A DNA stretch of 64,000 bases from the NCBI GenBank assembly GCA_020849425.1, contig JADLGH010000080.1, forward strand, positions 823-64,822. The letters are read 5' to 3'. A program made the position numbers and the translations under genes. The stretch's first letter is position 1, and each line of letters opens with the position of its first letter. Positions 40,705-49,512 of the stretch are shown here, in pieces. This stretch comes from Candidatus Dadabacteria bacterium. Lineage in GTDB: Bacteria; Desulfobacterota_D; UBA1144; Nemesobacterales; UBA2774. The notes under the pieces were generated by a model, which saw nothing but the letters and a program-made list of their open reading frames with translations, was not told where the DNA came from and did not search any database.

Positions 40705-41460
40705 TTAGATGTAATGCCCACCGTTTATACGCAGCGTTACGCCGGTTATCCAGCCCGCGGCCGGAGAGGCGAGGTAGATGACCGCCATGGCGATTTCTTC
40801 GGGGGTGCCGAACCTGCCGAGCGCAATCTCCTTTTTAATCTGGTCGCGGATGTCCTCGGGGACCGTTCCGAGCATGTCCGTTTCGACGAAGCCCGGGGCT
40901 ATGGCGTTTACGCGTATATTGCTCTTGGCGAGCTCCTTTGCCATTGTCTTCGTGAATCCGATTATGCCCGCCTTGGTCGCCGCGTAGTTACACTGGCCGA
41001 GGTTGCCCATCTCGCCTATGATGGAGGAGATGGAGATAATAACGCCGCCCTGCTCCGACATGAGGTCGAGGACGGCCTTTGTGCAGTTAAAGACGCTCGA
41101 AAGGTTCGTTTGTATCACCTCGTTCCACTGCTCGAAGGTCATTCTCTTGAGCGTCCTGTCGCGGTTGATGCCTGCGTTGTTGACGAGTATGTCGACGCGG
41201 CCGAAGTGGTTCTTCGCGGCGAGGCCCAGGCCCTGGGCCTGCTGGAAATTCGCGACGTTCGCCCTTACCGTCACACATTTGCGGCCGAGCTTTTCGATCT
41301 CCTTCTTTATCTTGTCGGCTTCCTTGTCGCTGCGGGAATAGTTGAGGAGAATATCGGCGCCGGCTTCGGCCAGAGCCAGGGAAATGGATTTTCCTATACC
41401 CCTCGACCCACCGGTCACTACGGCAACTTTGCCGCTCAAATCGTGCATCTGTTCAAGCAT
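40705..41460 (-). CDS. 3-oxoacyl reductase, FabG/PhaB (acetoacetyl-CoA reductase-like) SDR
   Basis: TGGSRGIG cofactor motif, NNAG, and catalytic S..Y...K (NYAATKAG). PHA-locus context. Confidence 0.85.
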   Translation of the reverse strand: MLEQMHDLSGKVAVVTGGSRGIGKSISLALAEAGADILLNYSRSDKEADKIKKEIEKLGRKCVTVRANVANFQQAQGLGLAAKNHFGRVDILVNNAGINRDRTLKRMTFEQWNEVIQTNLSSVFNCTKAVLDLMSEQGGVIISISSIIGEMGNLGQCNYAATKAGIIGFTKTMAKELAKSNIRVNAIAPGFVETDMLGTVPEDIRDQIKKEIALGRFGTPEEIAMAVIYLASPAAGWITGVTLRINGGHYI

Positions 41461-41682
41461 CGAGAACCTCCCGGACTCCGTGAATTTCCGCTGTGAAAAC
41501 TGAGGATTATAGATTTTATTCCTATTGGGTTTTTTGTCAACCTGAATACGCGCGGGCGAGACGGGCCCCGGCGGGGGAGGAGCCCGGGGTTCGGAACAGC
41601 CGGCTGCGAGGTGGATGAAAGGCTTTTGGTGCCGGCCCGTGCGGGCACGGGCCGGTGAGCTCGTTATCGCAAATTAAGGAGA

Positions 41683-42468
41683 TTACCTGCCGGTGAAGAG
41701 GGGCTCTCTTTTTTCGAGGAAGGCGTTCATGCCTTCTACCCTGTCCTCGGAATCGAAGCAGAGGGAGACGAGCGTCTTTTCGAGGAGGAGCGCCTTCTGA
41801 AGGTCCATTTCGGACCCGGCGTTAATCGCCGTCTTGGACATCCTGACTGCAATCGGCCCTCTTTTGGCAATCTCGCCGGCCAGGTCCCTCGCTTCCTTCA
41901 TTACTTCGTCGTGGGGGACGACCTTTTCGACGAGGCCGATCCTGAGGGCTTCGTTGGCGTCTATCATTTCGCCCGTGAATACGAGCTCCTTGGTCTTCCC
42001 GAGGCCCAGCACTCTCGTTACGCGCTGCGTGCCGCCCCATCCGGGGAATATGCCGAGCTTTACCTCGGGGAATCCGAGCCGCGCCTTTTCGGACGCTATC
42101 CTTATGTCGCACGCGAGGGCGAGCTCGCAGCCTCCGCCGAGCGCGTAGCCGTTAATGGCCGCGATCGAGGGGCAAGAGCCGTTTTCGATGAGCTCGTACA
42201 CCCTGTGCGCGGTATCGACGTACTCCTGGAAATCCCTTTCCTTCATCTCGTTCATCTGGGCGATGTCGGCGCCTGCGACGAAGGCCTTCTCCCCGGCACC
42301 CGTGACGATGAGCGCTTTTAATTCCTCACCGGGAAGTATGTCTTCGAGGAATACCTTAAACTCGCCGAGCGTATCCCAGTTAAGGGCGTTCAACACGTTC
42401 GGCCTGTTAACGGTCAGGACGCCGATATTGTTAGGCTCCTTTTGAAATTGTATGTATTTGAATCCCAT
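41683..42468 (-). CDS. Enoyl-CoA hydratase (crotonase family)
   Basis: 261 aa. VLTVNRP...NAL, FVAGADI and GYALGGGCELALACD are canonical crotonase blocks. SD GAGGAGG precedes the ATG. Confidence 0.9.
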   Translation of the reverse strand: MGFKYIQFQKEPNNIGVLTVNRPNVLNALNWDTLGEFKVFLEDILPGEELKALIVTGAGEKAFVAGADIAQMNEMKERDFQEYVDTAHRVYELIENGSCPSIAAINGYALGGGCELALACDIRIASEKARLGFPEVKLGIFPGWGGTQRVTRVLGLGKTKELVFTGEMIDANEALRIGLVEKVVPHDEVMKEARDLAGEIAKRGPIAVRMSKTAINAGSEMDLQKALLLEKTLVSLCFDSEDRVEGMNAFLEKREPLFTGR

Positions 42469-42513
42469 AAGAATCCTCCTCGTTATGGTTTGGCAGAGCT
42501 CTGTCTAAAGTGA

Positions 42514-42543
42514 TATTAATACAGGGTAAAGGAGGCTTGTCAA
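42514..42543 (-). promoter_or_regulatory. Sigma-70-like promoter for the hydratase/reductase genes (TTGACA-N17/18-ATTAAT/TTAATA)
   Basis: On the minus strand, TTGACA at 42543-42538 and TTAATA at 42519-42514, ~45 nt upstream of the hydratase ATG. Confidence 0.45.
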
Positions 42544-42870
42544 TGCTCTTCTTCGCATAAGCGAAGAAAACAGGGATGGAGATTGCCCGGATTTTTGTGC
42601 TGCGAAGAGGGGTGCGAAATGGAAAATAAGATGCATAAAAAACCATAGATTATCGAAAAATGCGGCGGGAACGACCCGGGCGGCGGAGGCCGTACGGGAC
42701 GGCGGGCACAGCCGTCGCTATTTCGTGATAATACTTCGTTTCAGACGTATTTCCAGCAGTCGCCTTATTATGTATAAGATTTGTTTGCCCCGGACGGGCT
42801 TCATCAGGTAGAGTTTCTCAATCGAGTGGCAGGCAAAAGAAACGATCCCCCACCGCCAAAGGAGGCGCGA

Positions 42871-43338
42871 ATGATCAGAAAAAATCCGGGACAATTTACC
42901 GCATTTGCAGTATTGGCTGTCATGGCCCTCGGTCTTATGACCGCACACGCGAATGCAGACGAGCAGAGCACAGACCAAAAGAAAAGCGAGGGCAAGGTTA
43001 TGAAGACCGATTCGGGACTCGAGTACATAATAATAGAAGAAGGACGGGGAGAGAAGCCCAAGACCGGGCAGAAGGTGAAGGTTCACTACACCGGGAAGCT
43101 GGAGGACGGCACCGTTTTCGACAGCTCGGTGAAGAGGGGCGAGCCCATAGAGTTTACGCTCGGCGTCGGGCAGGTGATAAAGGGATGGGACGAGGGCATC
43201 GCAGATATGAAGGAAGGCGGAAAGCGCCAGCTGATTATCCCCCCGTCTCTCGGGTACGGAGAGAGGGGATTCCCGCCGGTTATCCCGCCGAACTCGACTC
43301 TGATATTCGACGTCGAGCTCGTGGATATAGTAGACTGA
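42871..43338 (+). CDS. FKBP-type peptidyl-prolyl cis-trans isomerase (secreted)
   Basis: Inner ATG (42781+90) preceded by AAAGGAGG. Signal peptide, then the FKBP core ([15 protein letters not shown]...[14 protein letters not shown]...M..G). Confidence 0.9.
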   Translation: MIRKNPGQFTAFAVLAVMALGLMTAHANADEQSTDQKKSEGKVMKTDSGLEYIIIEEGRGEKPKTGQKVKVHYTGKLEDGTVFDSSVKRGEPIEFTLGVGQVIKGWDEGIADMKEGGKRQLIIPPSLGYGERGFPPVIPPNSTLIFDVELVDIVD

Positions 43339-43396
43339 CGACCCCTGGCAAAGGGCGGCACACGGGGCGTCCGGGCCCGGGCGAAGCCGGGAGGGC

Positions 43397-44002
43397 GTGG
43401 TGAATTACCTTGCGCACATGTACCTGGCCGGGGATTCCGGGGAGCTGGTCGTCGGCAACATGCTCGGGGATTTCGTGAAGGGGCGTATAGGGGACGAATT
43501 CCCGCCCGGCGTGGCCGAGGGAATCAGGATCCACAGGAAGATAGACGCCTTTACCGACTCGCACGAGCGCGTCATTAGCTCGAAGAGGCTCGTAAGCCGT
43601 GAGCGAAGAAAGTTCTCGGGGATCATCGTAGACCTCGCGTTCGACCACGTTCTCGCCCTGAACTGGGGCGACTATTCGGAGCTCCCGCTCGGGGATTTCA
43701 TCCAGAGGACTTACGGCCTGCTTGCCGCTAACGCGGGGCTCATGCCCCCGAGGCCGAGAGAGATTCTCAGGTTTATGATAGAAGAGGACTGGCTCGGGTC
43801 GTACAGGGAGCTCGAAGGGATCGGGCGGGCGCTGGACAGGATAGCCGTCAGGGTCGAGAGGAGGTTCGGGAGGAAGAACAGCCTCCCGGGCGCGGCGGAA
43901 GAGGTGGCGCGGAATTACGGCGCGCTGGAGGAAAATTTCAGGGCCTTTTTCCCGGAGCTGATTTCGTTTGTCGGGGATTACCGGAAAGGCACAGCGAACT
44001 AA
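43397..44002 (+). CDS. acpH: Acyl carrier protein phosphodiesterase AcpH
   Basis: NYLAHMYLA...G.MLGDFVKG...GI..HR.ID.FTD matches the AcpH family. GTG start at 43397 or 43400. Confidence 0.85.
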   Translation: MVNYLAHMYLAGDSGELVVGNMLGDFVKGRIGDEFPPGVAEGIRIHRKIDAFTDSHERVISSKRLVSRERRKFSGIIVDLAFDHVLALNWGDYSELPLGDFIQRTYGLLAANAGLMPPRPREILRFMIEEDWLGSYRELEGIGRALDRIAVRVERRFGRKNSLPGAAEEVARNYGALEENFRAFFPELISFVGDYRKGTAN

Positions 44003-44070
44003 CAAAAATACATGGCTCTATAAGGCTGCATGTGTAAGCGGAAGGGGAATAAAGAGGGAGGCTTGGAATC

Positions 44071-44172
44071 ATGCAAAAAATCGTTCCGTCGAAAGCGGAG
44101 AGGGTTATGGAAGCCCTTCTAAAGATGGAGAAGCCGGATATAGCCGGGCTCAGGCGGGCATACGAAGAATAA
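44071..44172 (+). CDS. Candidate 33-aa small protein (unverified)
   Basis: ATG at 44071 is preceded by GGGAGG at 9-nt spacing. Product MQKIVPSKAERVMEALLKMEKPDIAGLRRAYEE. Below the ORF-track cutoff and no family recognised. Confidence 0.25.
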   Translation: MQKIVPSKAERVMEALLKMEKPDIAGLRRAYEE

Positions 44173-44305
44173 ATAACCGGATGGGATCGGGCGGCGATTG
44201 TTTTCTCCACGCCGACCCCCTGCCCTTTCCCCGCGATTGAAAGATTCGGGTTCTTATTATAATCTTACTAAGCACTTAAATCGCATAAGTTAAACCAAAC
44301 CGACT

Positions 44306-44677
44306 TTGAAAAGGCAAAGATTCGAGCAGCTCGTAGAAGAGGCCTACGACAGGATTCCCGAGGAGTTTCGGAAGAAGATAGATAACGTCGTTATCAAGGT
44401 GGAGGACTATCCCACGCGGGAGGACCTGGAAAAGCTGGAAATAAGGGGCGAGGGGCTTCTGCTCGGCCTTTACCGGGGGACCCCGCTCCACCTGAGAAGC
44501 GTCTGGGAGGGGATAAGGCTCCCCGACGAGATCGTCCTCTACCAGAAGGACATCGAGAAGATATGCCGGACGGACGAGGAGATAGCCGACAGGGTGGAAG
44601 AAGTGCTCCAGCACGAGATAGCGCACTACTTCGGCCTTAACGACGACGAAATCTATGCGCTCATGGGAAGGGACTGA
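44306..44677 (+). CDS. Metallopeptidase family protein (DUF1025, HExxH)
   Basis: 123 aa with LQHEIAHYFG zinc motif. N-terminal FEQLVEEAYDRIPEEF is typical of the family. TTG start. Confidence 0.8.
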   Translation: MKRQRFEQLVEEAYDRIPEEFRKKIDNVVIKVEDYPTREDLEKLEIRGEGLLLGLYRGTPLHLRSVWEGIRLPDEIVLYQKDIEKICRTDEEIADRVEEVLQHEIAHYFGLNDDEIYALMGRD

Positions 44678-44710
44678 CCGGCCGCCGCTCACGCGCTTAC
44701 GGAAGGCGAC

Positions 44711-45589
44711 ATGACAGAACAGAACGGAAAGGACGTACGCTCGGCGATACTGCTCGTACACTGCCCGGACAGGAAGGGGCTCGTATCCGCGATCACCGAG
44801 TTCATATTCAAGAACGACGGAAACATAATTTATCTCGATCAGCACGTGGACACGCAGGAGAAGGTGTTCTTCATGCGCGTCGAGTGGGACCTCACGAATT
44901 TCAGCATTCCTTCGGAGAAGATAGGGGAATATTTTCAGACGCTCATAGCGGAAAGGTTCGGCATGAAGTGGAGCCTTTATTTTTCGGACTACGTCCAGAA
45001 GATGGCGATATTCGTATCGAAGATGCCGCACTGTCTTCACGATATATTGTCGCGGTCCCAGTCCGATCAGTGGAACGTCGAGGTGCCGCTCATAATCAGC
45101 AACCACGAGGACCTGGGGCCCGTGGCGAGCGCGTTCGGCATAAACTTTCACGTTATACCGAACGTGAAGGAGAACAAGGCGGCGGCCGAGAAGAAGCAGA
45201 TGGAGCTCTTGAAAGAGTACGATATAGACTTCGTCGTCCTGGCGAGGTACATGCAGATACTGAGCGGGGATTTCGTGTCGCAGTACCCGCACGGGATAAT
45301 AAACATCCATCACTCGTTCCTGCCGGCGTTTCCCGGGGCGAGGCCGTATCATTCGGCGTACGAGCGGGGCGTCAAGATCATAGGCGCGACGAGCCATTAC
45401 GTGACCGCGGAGCTCGACGCGGGGCCGATAATAGAGCAGAACGTCGTCCGCATCACGCACAAGGATAGTGTCGAGGACCTCATACGAAAGGGGCGGGACC
45501 TGGAGAAGGTGGTGCTGTCGCAGGCCGTGTGGTATCACCTTAAGAGGAAGATCCTGGTTTACGGGAACAGGACGCTGATTTTCGATTGA
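44711..45589 (+). CDS. purU: Formyltetrahydrofolate deformylase PurU
   Basis: N-terminal ACT domain (LLVHCPDRKGLV) plus a formyltransferase core (NIHHSFLPAF.GA.PY..A). Confidence 0.93.
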   Translation: MTEQNGKDVRSAILLVHCPDRKGLVSAITEFIFKNDGNIIYLDQHVDTQEKVFFMRVEWDLTNFSIPSEKIGEYFQTLIAERFGMKWSLYFSDYVQKMAIFVSKMPHCLHDILSRSQSDQWNVEVPLIISNHEDLGPVASAFGINFHVIPNVKENKAAAEKKQMELLKEYDIDFVVLARYMQILSGDFVSQYPHGIINIHHSFLPAFPGARPYHSAYERGVKIIGATSHYVTAELDAGPIIEQNVVRITHKDSVEDLIRKGRDLEKVVLSQAVWYHLKRKILVYGNRTLIFD

Positions 45590-45794
45590 GGAGAAGAGGC
45601 AAGTGAAAAGATTAAACACGAGATCCTGAATCAAGTTCAGGATGACAAATTAAAAAATGGATTCCCGATTTATAGGCAAATTTTGAACGGTACTGGATAA
45701 ACGTCGAAGATTTATGTGGAGGCGTCCGATTCCTCGCTCGCTCGAAATCGTTGGGAATGACAACCCAAAAAAGATTAAAGATAGCTGTTTGGAA

Positions 45795-46253
45795 TCATTT
45801 GTACTCGGTGATTTCGAGGAGGATGCCGTCGGGGTCGTGGAAGTAGCAGAGCATCTTGTGGCCGGCGTCGTGTGTGACGACCGTTTCGGGGACGATGACG
45901 GGGTCGCCGAGGAGCTTTACCCCGGCGTCACGGAGCTTCTTCGCCGAGGCGTGAATGTCGTCTACCCTGAAGGCGATGTGCCGGATGCCGACCGTGTTGG
46001 CGAGGGAGTTCGCGGGTATGGATTCGCCCTCGGGGGTTTTGTAGCAGAGGAGCTCGATGCGGGGCTCGCCCGCGGGCGCGACTATGAAGGCGACGTCGGC
46101 GACGACTCTTTTCAGACCGACGATTTTCTCTATCCACTCACCTTCGAGGTGAGCGCGTTTCGATTCGTGGAACCCGAGAAGCTCGGTGTAGAACCTGACC
46201 GATCTTTCGAGGTCGGAGACTACGAAGTTGATGTGGTCGATTGAGAGGATCAT
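45795..46253 (-). CDS. VOC (glyoxalase/bleomycin resistance/dioxygenase) family protein
   Basis: IDHINFVVSDLERSVRFY..LGF and HIAFRVDDI blocks. 152 aa. Confidence 0.85.
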   Translation of the reverse strand: MILSIDHINFVVSDLERSVRFYTELLGFHESKRAHLEGEWIEKIVGLKRVVADVAFIVAPAGEPRIELLCYKTPEGESIPANSLANTVGIRHIAFRVDDIHASAKKLRDAGVKLLGDPVIVPETVVTHDAGHKMLCYFHDPDGILLEITEYK

Positions 46254-46254
46254 G

Positions 46255-46812
46255 TTATTTCTTTGCTAAAATTTCCCGAATTTTCTTTAACTCATATGAA
46301 ATTGAATCTTGCGGAGGGGAACTATGGGCGTACGGTCTTAAATCTATGACAGTCTTTTCCACCACTGTTTTTTTCCCAAAGCTGTACTCAGCAGTTATTG
46401 TAAATATGCTGGGTGTAACTTCAGGATTCGCATTTTCTCCAAAGACAACAAAACTTTGAGCAAGGTAAAAAGTCATTTCTGCTCCGGGCACAAAAGAATC
46501 AATGGGATCATTAAAAGCCTTAAAGGACTTTAGATTACATCTATCCTCAATCTTACCAAATTCATAAAAATTTTTATCAAGGCTTAGACGTAAATTTTCT
46601 GCTGCAGTCAAACCCGTATTTCTAATCCTCAAAAAGAATATTATGTTATTAGGAAATAATGCTGGAGAAATTACTATATAGGGTCTTCGCAGAGCCTCGT
46701 TCTGGTTTTGCATCTCTGTAACGACGCTCTGATTAGCCTTTAGTATTTTATATGTAAATAAAGCATATAATCCTGTAATAAAAACCAACAACCCTGTTAG
46801 TACTTCAATCAT
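46255..46812 (-). CDS. Membrane-anchored hypothetical protein (AT-rich ORFan)
   Basis: 185 aa. One N-terminal TM helix (IEVLTGLLVFITGLYALFTY), then a beta-rich domain. Codons end mostly in A/T, unlike all neighbours. It is 23 nt from the VWA stop and 1 nt from the VOC start. Confidence 0.6.
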   Translation of the reverse strand: MIEVLTGLLVFITGLYALFTYKILKANQSVVTEMQNQNEALRRPYIVISPALFPNNIIFFLRIRNTGLTAAENLRLSLDKNFYEFGKIEDRCNLKSFKAFNDPIDSFVPGAEMTFYLAQSFVVFGENANPEVTPSIFTITAEYSFGKKTVVEKTVIDLRPYAHSSPPQDSISYELKKIREILAKK

Positions 46813-46835
46813 CTGATACTATCCAAATATTAATT

Positions 46836-48038
46836 TTAATGCCCTTCGAATTTTACCTTCCTGTCCTTGAGGGCGCGGATGGCTTTCTGGAGGCCGGAGA
46901 GGGTGAGCGGGAACATGCGGTCGTTCATGAACTGCTTGACCATGCCTATGGACTCGGTGTATTTCCACTGCGGGACGGGGACGGGGTTCAGCCAGACGAT
47001 GTCGGGGTAGCGGGTCTTCAGGCGGTCGAGCCATACGAAGCCAGCTTCGTCGTTGTTGTGCTCGACGCTGCCGTTCTGATACAGAAGCTCGTATGGGGAC
47101 ATGGAGGCGTCACCAACAATTATAACTTTATAATCGCTGTTGTACTTGTTGAAGACTTCGAAGGTCGGTATCGCTTCCTGCCATCTTCTCTTGTTGTTCT
47201 TCCAGACGAATTCATAGAGGCAGTTGTGGAAGTAGTAGTATTCGAGGTGCTTGAACTCGTACCTGGCGGCGGAGAAGAGACGGGAACATAATTCGATGTG
47301 GTCGTCCATGGAGCCGCCGATGTCGAGGAAGAGGAGAACCTTGACGTTGTTCTTTTTCGCCGGGACCATTTCTATCTCGAGGTATCCGGCGTTTCGCGAG
47401 GTCTTGTCTATCGTCTTATCGAGGTCGAGCTCTTCCGACGTGCCCTCGCGGGTGAGTATGCGGAGGCGGCGGAGCGCCATCTTCATGTTCCTCGTCTGGA
47501 GCTCGACTCCGTCGTCGAGGTCCTTGAACTCGCGCTTGTCCCACACCTTGACCGCCCTTCTGTGGCGGCTCTCGTCCTGCCCTATCCTTATGCCCTCGGG
47601 ATTGTAGCCGTAGGCCCCGAAGGGGGACGTGCCTCCCGTGCCTATCCACTTGTTGCCGCCCTGGTGGCGTTTCTTCTGCTCCTTCATTAATTCCTTCAGG
47701 CGCTCCAGTAGCTTGTCGAGGCCGCCCATGCCTTTTATGAGCTCCTTCTCTTCGTCGGTGAGGGCGTTGACGAAGCTCTTCCTGAGCCAGTCTTCCGGGA
47801 TTTTCATGAATTCCTCGGTATCTATCTTTTCAACCCCTTCGAAGAAGTAGCCGAAGAGGAGATCGAACCTGTCCAGGTGATGCTCGTGCTTTATGAGGGA
47901 CGTGCGGGAGAGGTAGTAGAAATCATCCACGCTGTACTCGGCTATGCCTTCGTCGAGCGCTTCTAGGAGGGTGAGGTACTCCCTTATCGTCACCGGTATG
48001 CCGTCGTTTTTAAGAAGCAGAAAAAAATCGAGAAACAT
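46836..48038 (-). CDS. VWA domain protein, CoxE-like
   Basis: 400 aa. N-terminus FFLLLKNDGIPVTIREYLTLLEAL is typical of VWA_CoxE. VWA MIDAS region (LLFLDIGGSM). Partner of the upstream MoxR ATPase. Confidence 0.85.
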   Translation of the reverse strand: MFLDFFLLLKNDGIPVTIREYLTLLEALDEGIAEYSVDDFYYLSRTSLIKHEHHLDRFDLLFGYFFEGVEKIDTEEFMKIPEDWLRKSFVNALTDEEKELIKGMGGLDKLLERLKELMKEQKKRHQGGNKWIGTGGTSPFGAYGYNPEGIRIGQDESRHRRAVKVWDKREFKDLDDGVELQTRNMKMALRRLRILTREGTSEELDLDKTIDKTSRNAGYLEIEMVPAKKNNVKVLLFLDIGGSMDDHIELCSRLFSAARYEFKHLEYYYFHNCLYEFVWKNNKRRWQEAIPTFEVFNKYNSDYKVIIVGDASMSPYELLYQNGSVEHNNDEAGFVWLDRLKTRYPDIVWLNPVPVPQWKYTESIGMVKQFMNDRMFPLTLSGLQKAIRALKDRKVKFEGH

Positions 48039-48072
48039 TTCTCACCTTCGCAAATCGAATCATCCCACCCAA

Positions 48073-48909
48073 TCAGCGCCTGAACCTGAGCCTGATGCGG
48101 GAAAGGAGGTCGTGGTCTTGCTCGTTCTTGAGGAGAGCGCCCGCATAAGGTGGGAGGCTCTCGGAGAGGTCTACCGCGCCGAGCTCGGATTCCGTGATCT
48201 TCCCGACCATGAGGAGCTTGAGCCAGTCTATTAATTCGCTGGTGGAAGGCTTTTTCTTGAGGCCGTCGATCTCGCGAAGGTCGTAGAAGATGCTCATAGC
48301 GTTTTCGATGAGCTTCCCTTCGAGCTTCGGGTAATGGACCTTTACTATGGCCTTTAACGTTTCCCTGTCGGGGAAGCTGATGTAGTGAAAGAAGCACCTT
48401 CTCAAAAATGCGTCCGGGAGCTCCTTCTCGTTGTTCGACGTGATGATGATTATCGGGCGCTCTTTGGCCCTGATGGTTTCTCTCAGCTCGTAGCAGTAGA
48501 ACTCCATGCGGTCGAGCTCTAACAGAAGGTCGTTAGGGAATTCGATGTCGGCCTTGTCGATTTCGTCGATGAGGAGCACTATCTGCTCGTCCGATTCGAA
48601 GGCCTCCCAGAGCTTGCCCTTTTTTATATAGTTCGCGATGTCGTTCACTCTGTCGTCCCCGAGCTGGGAGTCGCGGAGGCGGGAGACGGCGTCGTACTCG
48701 TAGAGCCCCTGCTGGGCCGTCGTCGAGGACTTTACGTGCCAGGTGATGAGCTCCTTCCCGAGGGCTTCGGCCACCTCGAACGCGAGCATCGTTTTGCCCG
48801 TGCCGGGCTCGCCTTTAATGAGAAGCGGGCGCTGGAGTGTTATCGAAGCGTTTACGGCGAGATTGAGGTCCCGCGTCGAGATATAATTTTCCGTGCCTTC
48901 GAATTTCAT
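48073..48909 (-). CDS. MoxR-family AAA+ ATPase (CoxD-like)
   Basis: Walker A GEPGTGKT, Walker B LLIDEIDKA, sensor/arginine region PDAFLRRC. 278 aa. Confidence 0.9.
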   Translation of the reverse strand: MKFEGTENYISTRDLNLAVNASITLQRPLLIKGEPGTGKTMLAFEVAEALGKELITWHVKSSTTAQQGLYEYDAVSRLRDSQLGDDRVNDIANYIKKGKLWEAFESDEQIVLLIDEIDKADIEFPNDLLLELDRMEFYCYELRETIRAKERPIIIITSNNEKELPDAFLRRCFFHYISFPDRETLKAIVKVHYPKLEGKLIENAMSIFYDLREIDGLKKKPSTSELIDWLKLLMVGKITESELGAVDLSESLPPYAGALLKNEQDHDLLSRIRLRFRR

Positions 48910-49004
48910 AGATTAAGCCCCATGATTGTTTTAGATTTTGATGTGGTTTTACGGTTGTGGACCTACACTTCCCCGACCGGCTCTAAACCCCTTAAGTAGT
49001 AAGA

Positions 49005-49033
49005 ATTATACTTTTTATGAGATGGTTAGGCAA
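49005..49033 (-). promoter_or_regulatory. Sigma-70-like promoter of the MoxR operon (TTGCCT-N17-TATAAT)
   Basis: On the minus strand, TTGCCT at 49033-49028, a 17-nt spacer, and a perfect TATAAT at 49010-49005. About 95 nt upstream of the MoxR ATG. Confidence 0.45.
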
Positions 49034-49077
49034 ATACCGGGCGGCACCGGGAAGATAAGCCCGCCAAGGCCGGGCCT

Positions 49078-49449
49078 TCATATTTTACCGGACGGGTTCT
49101 CGTCGTCCGCGTGAAACGGGGGAGCGCTGACGATGCAGAGCCGGCTCCTTTCCGTCGCTTTAATGACCTTGTGGTGAATGCCTTTCGAGACTACAGCGAG
49201 CTCGTTCGGGGACAGCGACTCCGTCCACGTCCTGCCGGATTCCGGGTCGAAGAATTCGAGATCGAGCTCGCCGTCGAGGACGAAATATATCTCGTCGAAT
49301 GTTTCGTGAAAGTGGGCCGTCGTGGGTTTTATATCGATCGCGACGGCGATGCCGAGCTTGTCGTAATCGCCGCCGAGAAGGATTTCGCGTATCTCACCGC
49401 AAAACGGCGAATGGACCACGACGTGGTCTGCGAGCTTTTTCGTAAGCAT
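49078..49449 (-). CDS. Cupin domain protein
   Basis: Inner ATG (49482-33) preceded by GGGGGA. Cupin motifs HFHETFDEIYFVLDG and GIHHKV. Confidence 0.75.
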   Translation of the reverse strand: MLTKKLADHVVVHSPFCGEIREILLGGDYDKLGIAVAIDIKPTTAHFHETFDEIYFVLDGELDLEFFDPESGRTWTESLSPNELAVVSKGIHHKVIKATERSRLCIVSAPPFHADDENPSGKI

Positions 49450-49512
49450 GTTATTCCCCCGTTCTTTCGTTGCCTGAAACACACATTAAACGCAAACGGG
49501 GTATGCCGCAAG

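Noticed and set aside
42528-42560. Mini-ORF MLFFA (42543..42560) behind a perfect AAAGGAGG, with its stop inside an 8-bp hairpin (TTCTTCGC-ATAA-GCGAAGAA): possible leader peptide or attenuator
   Set aside because: The same bases on the other strand form the TTGACA -35 box of a well-placed promoter for the hydratase gene. The next plus-strand gene is 300 nt away, and two Phe codons are too few for a Phe attenuator. Probably coincidental.
42718-43086. 122-aa minus-strand ORF across the FKBP upstream region and N-terminus
   Set aside because: It is antisense to the well-supported FKBP gene, with a Cys/Leu-rich implausible product and no SD.
45623-45643. Hairpin ATCCTGAA-TCAAG-TTCAGGAT after purU as an intrinsic terminator
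   Set aside because: It is an AT-rich 8-bp stem with no U-tract on the purU strand. On the opposite strand the T-run precedes the hairpin. Not convincing in either direction.
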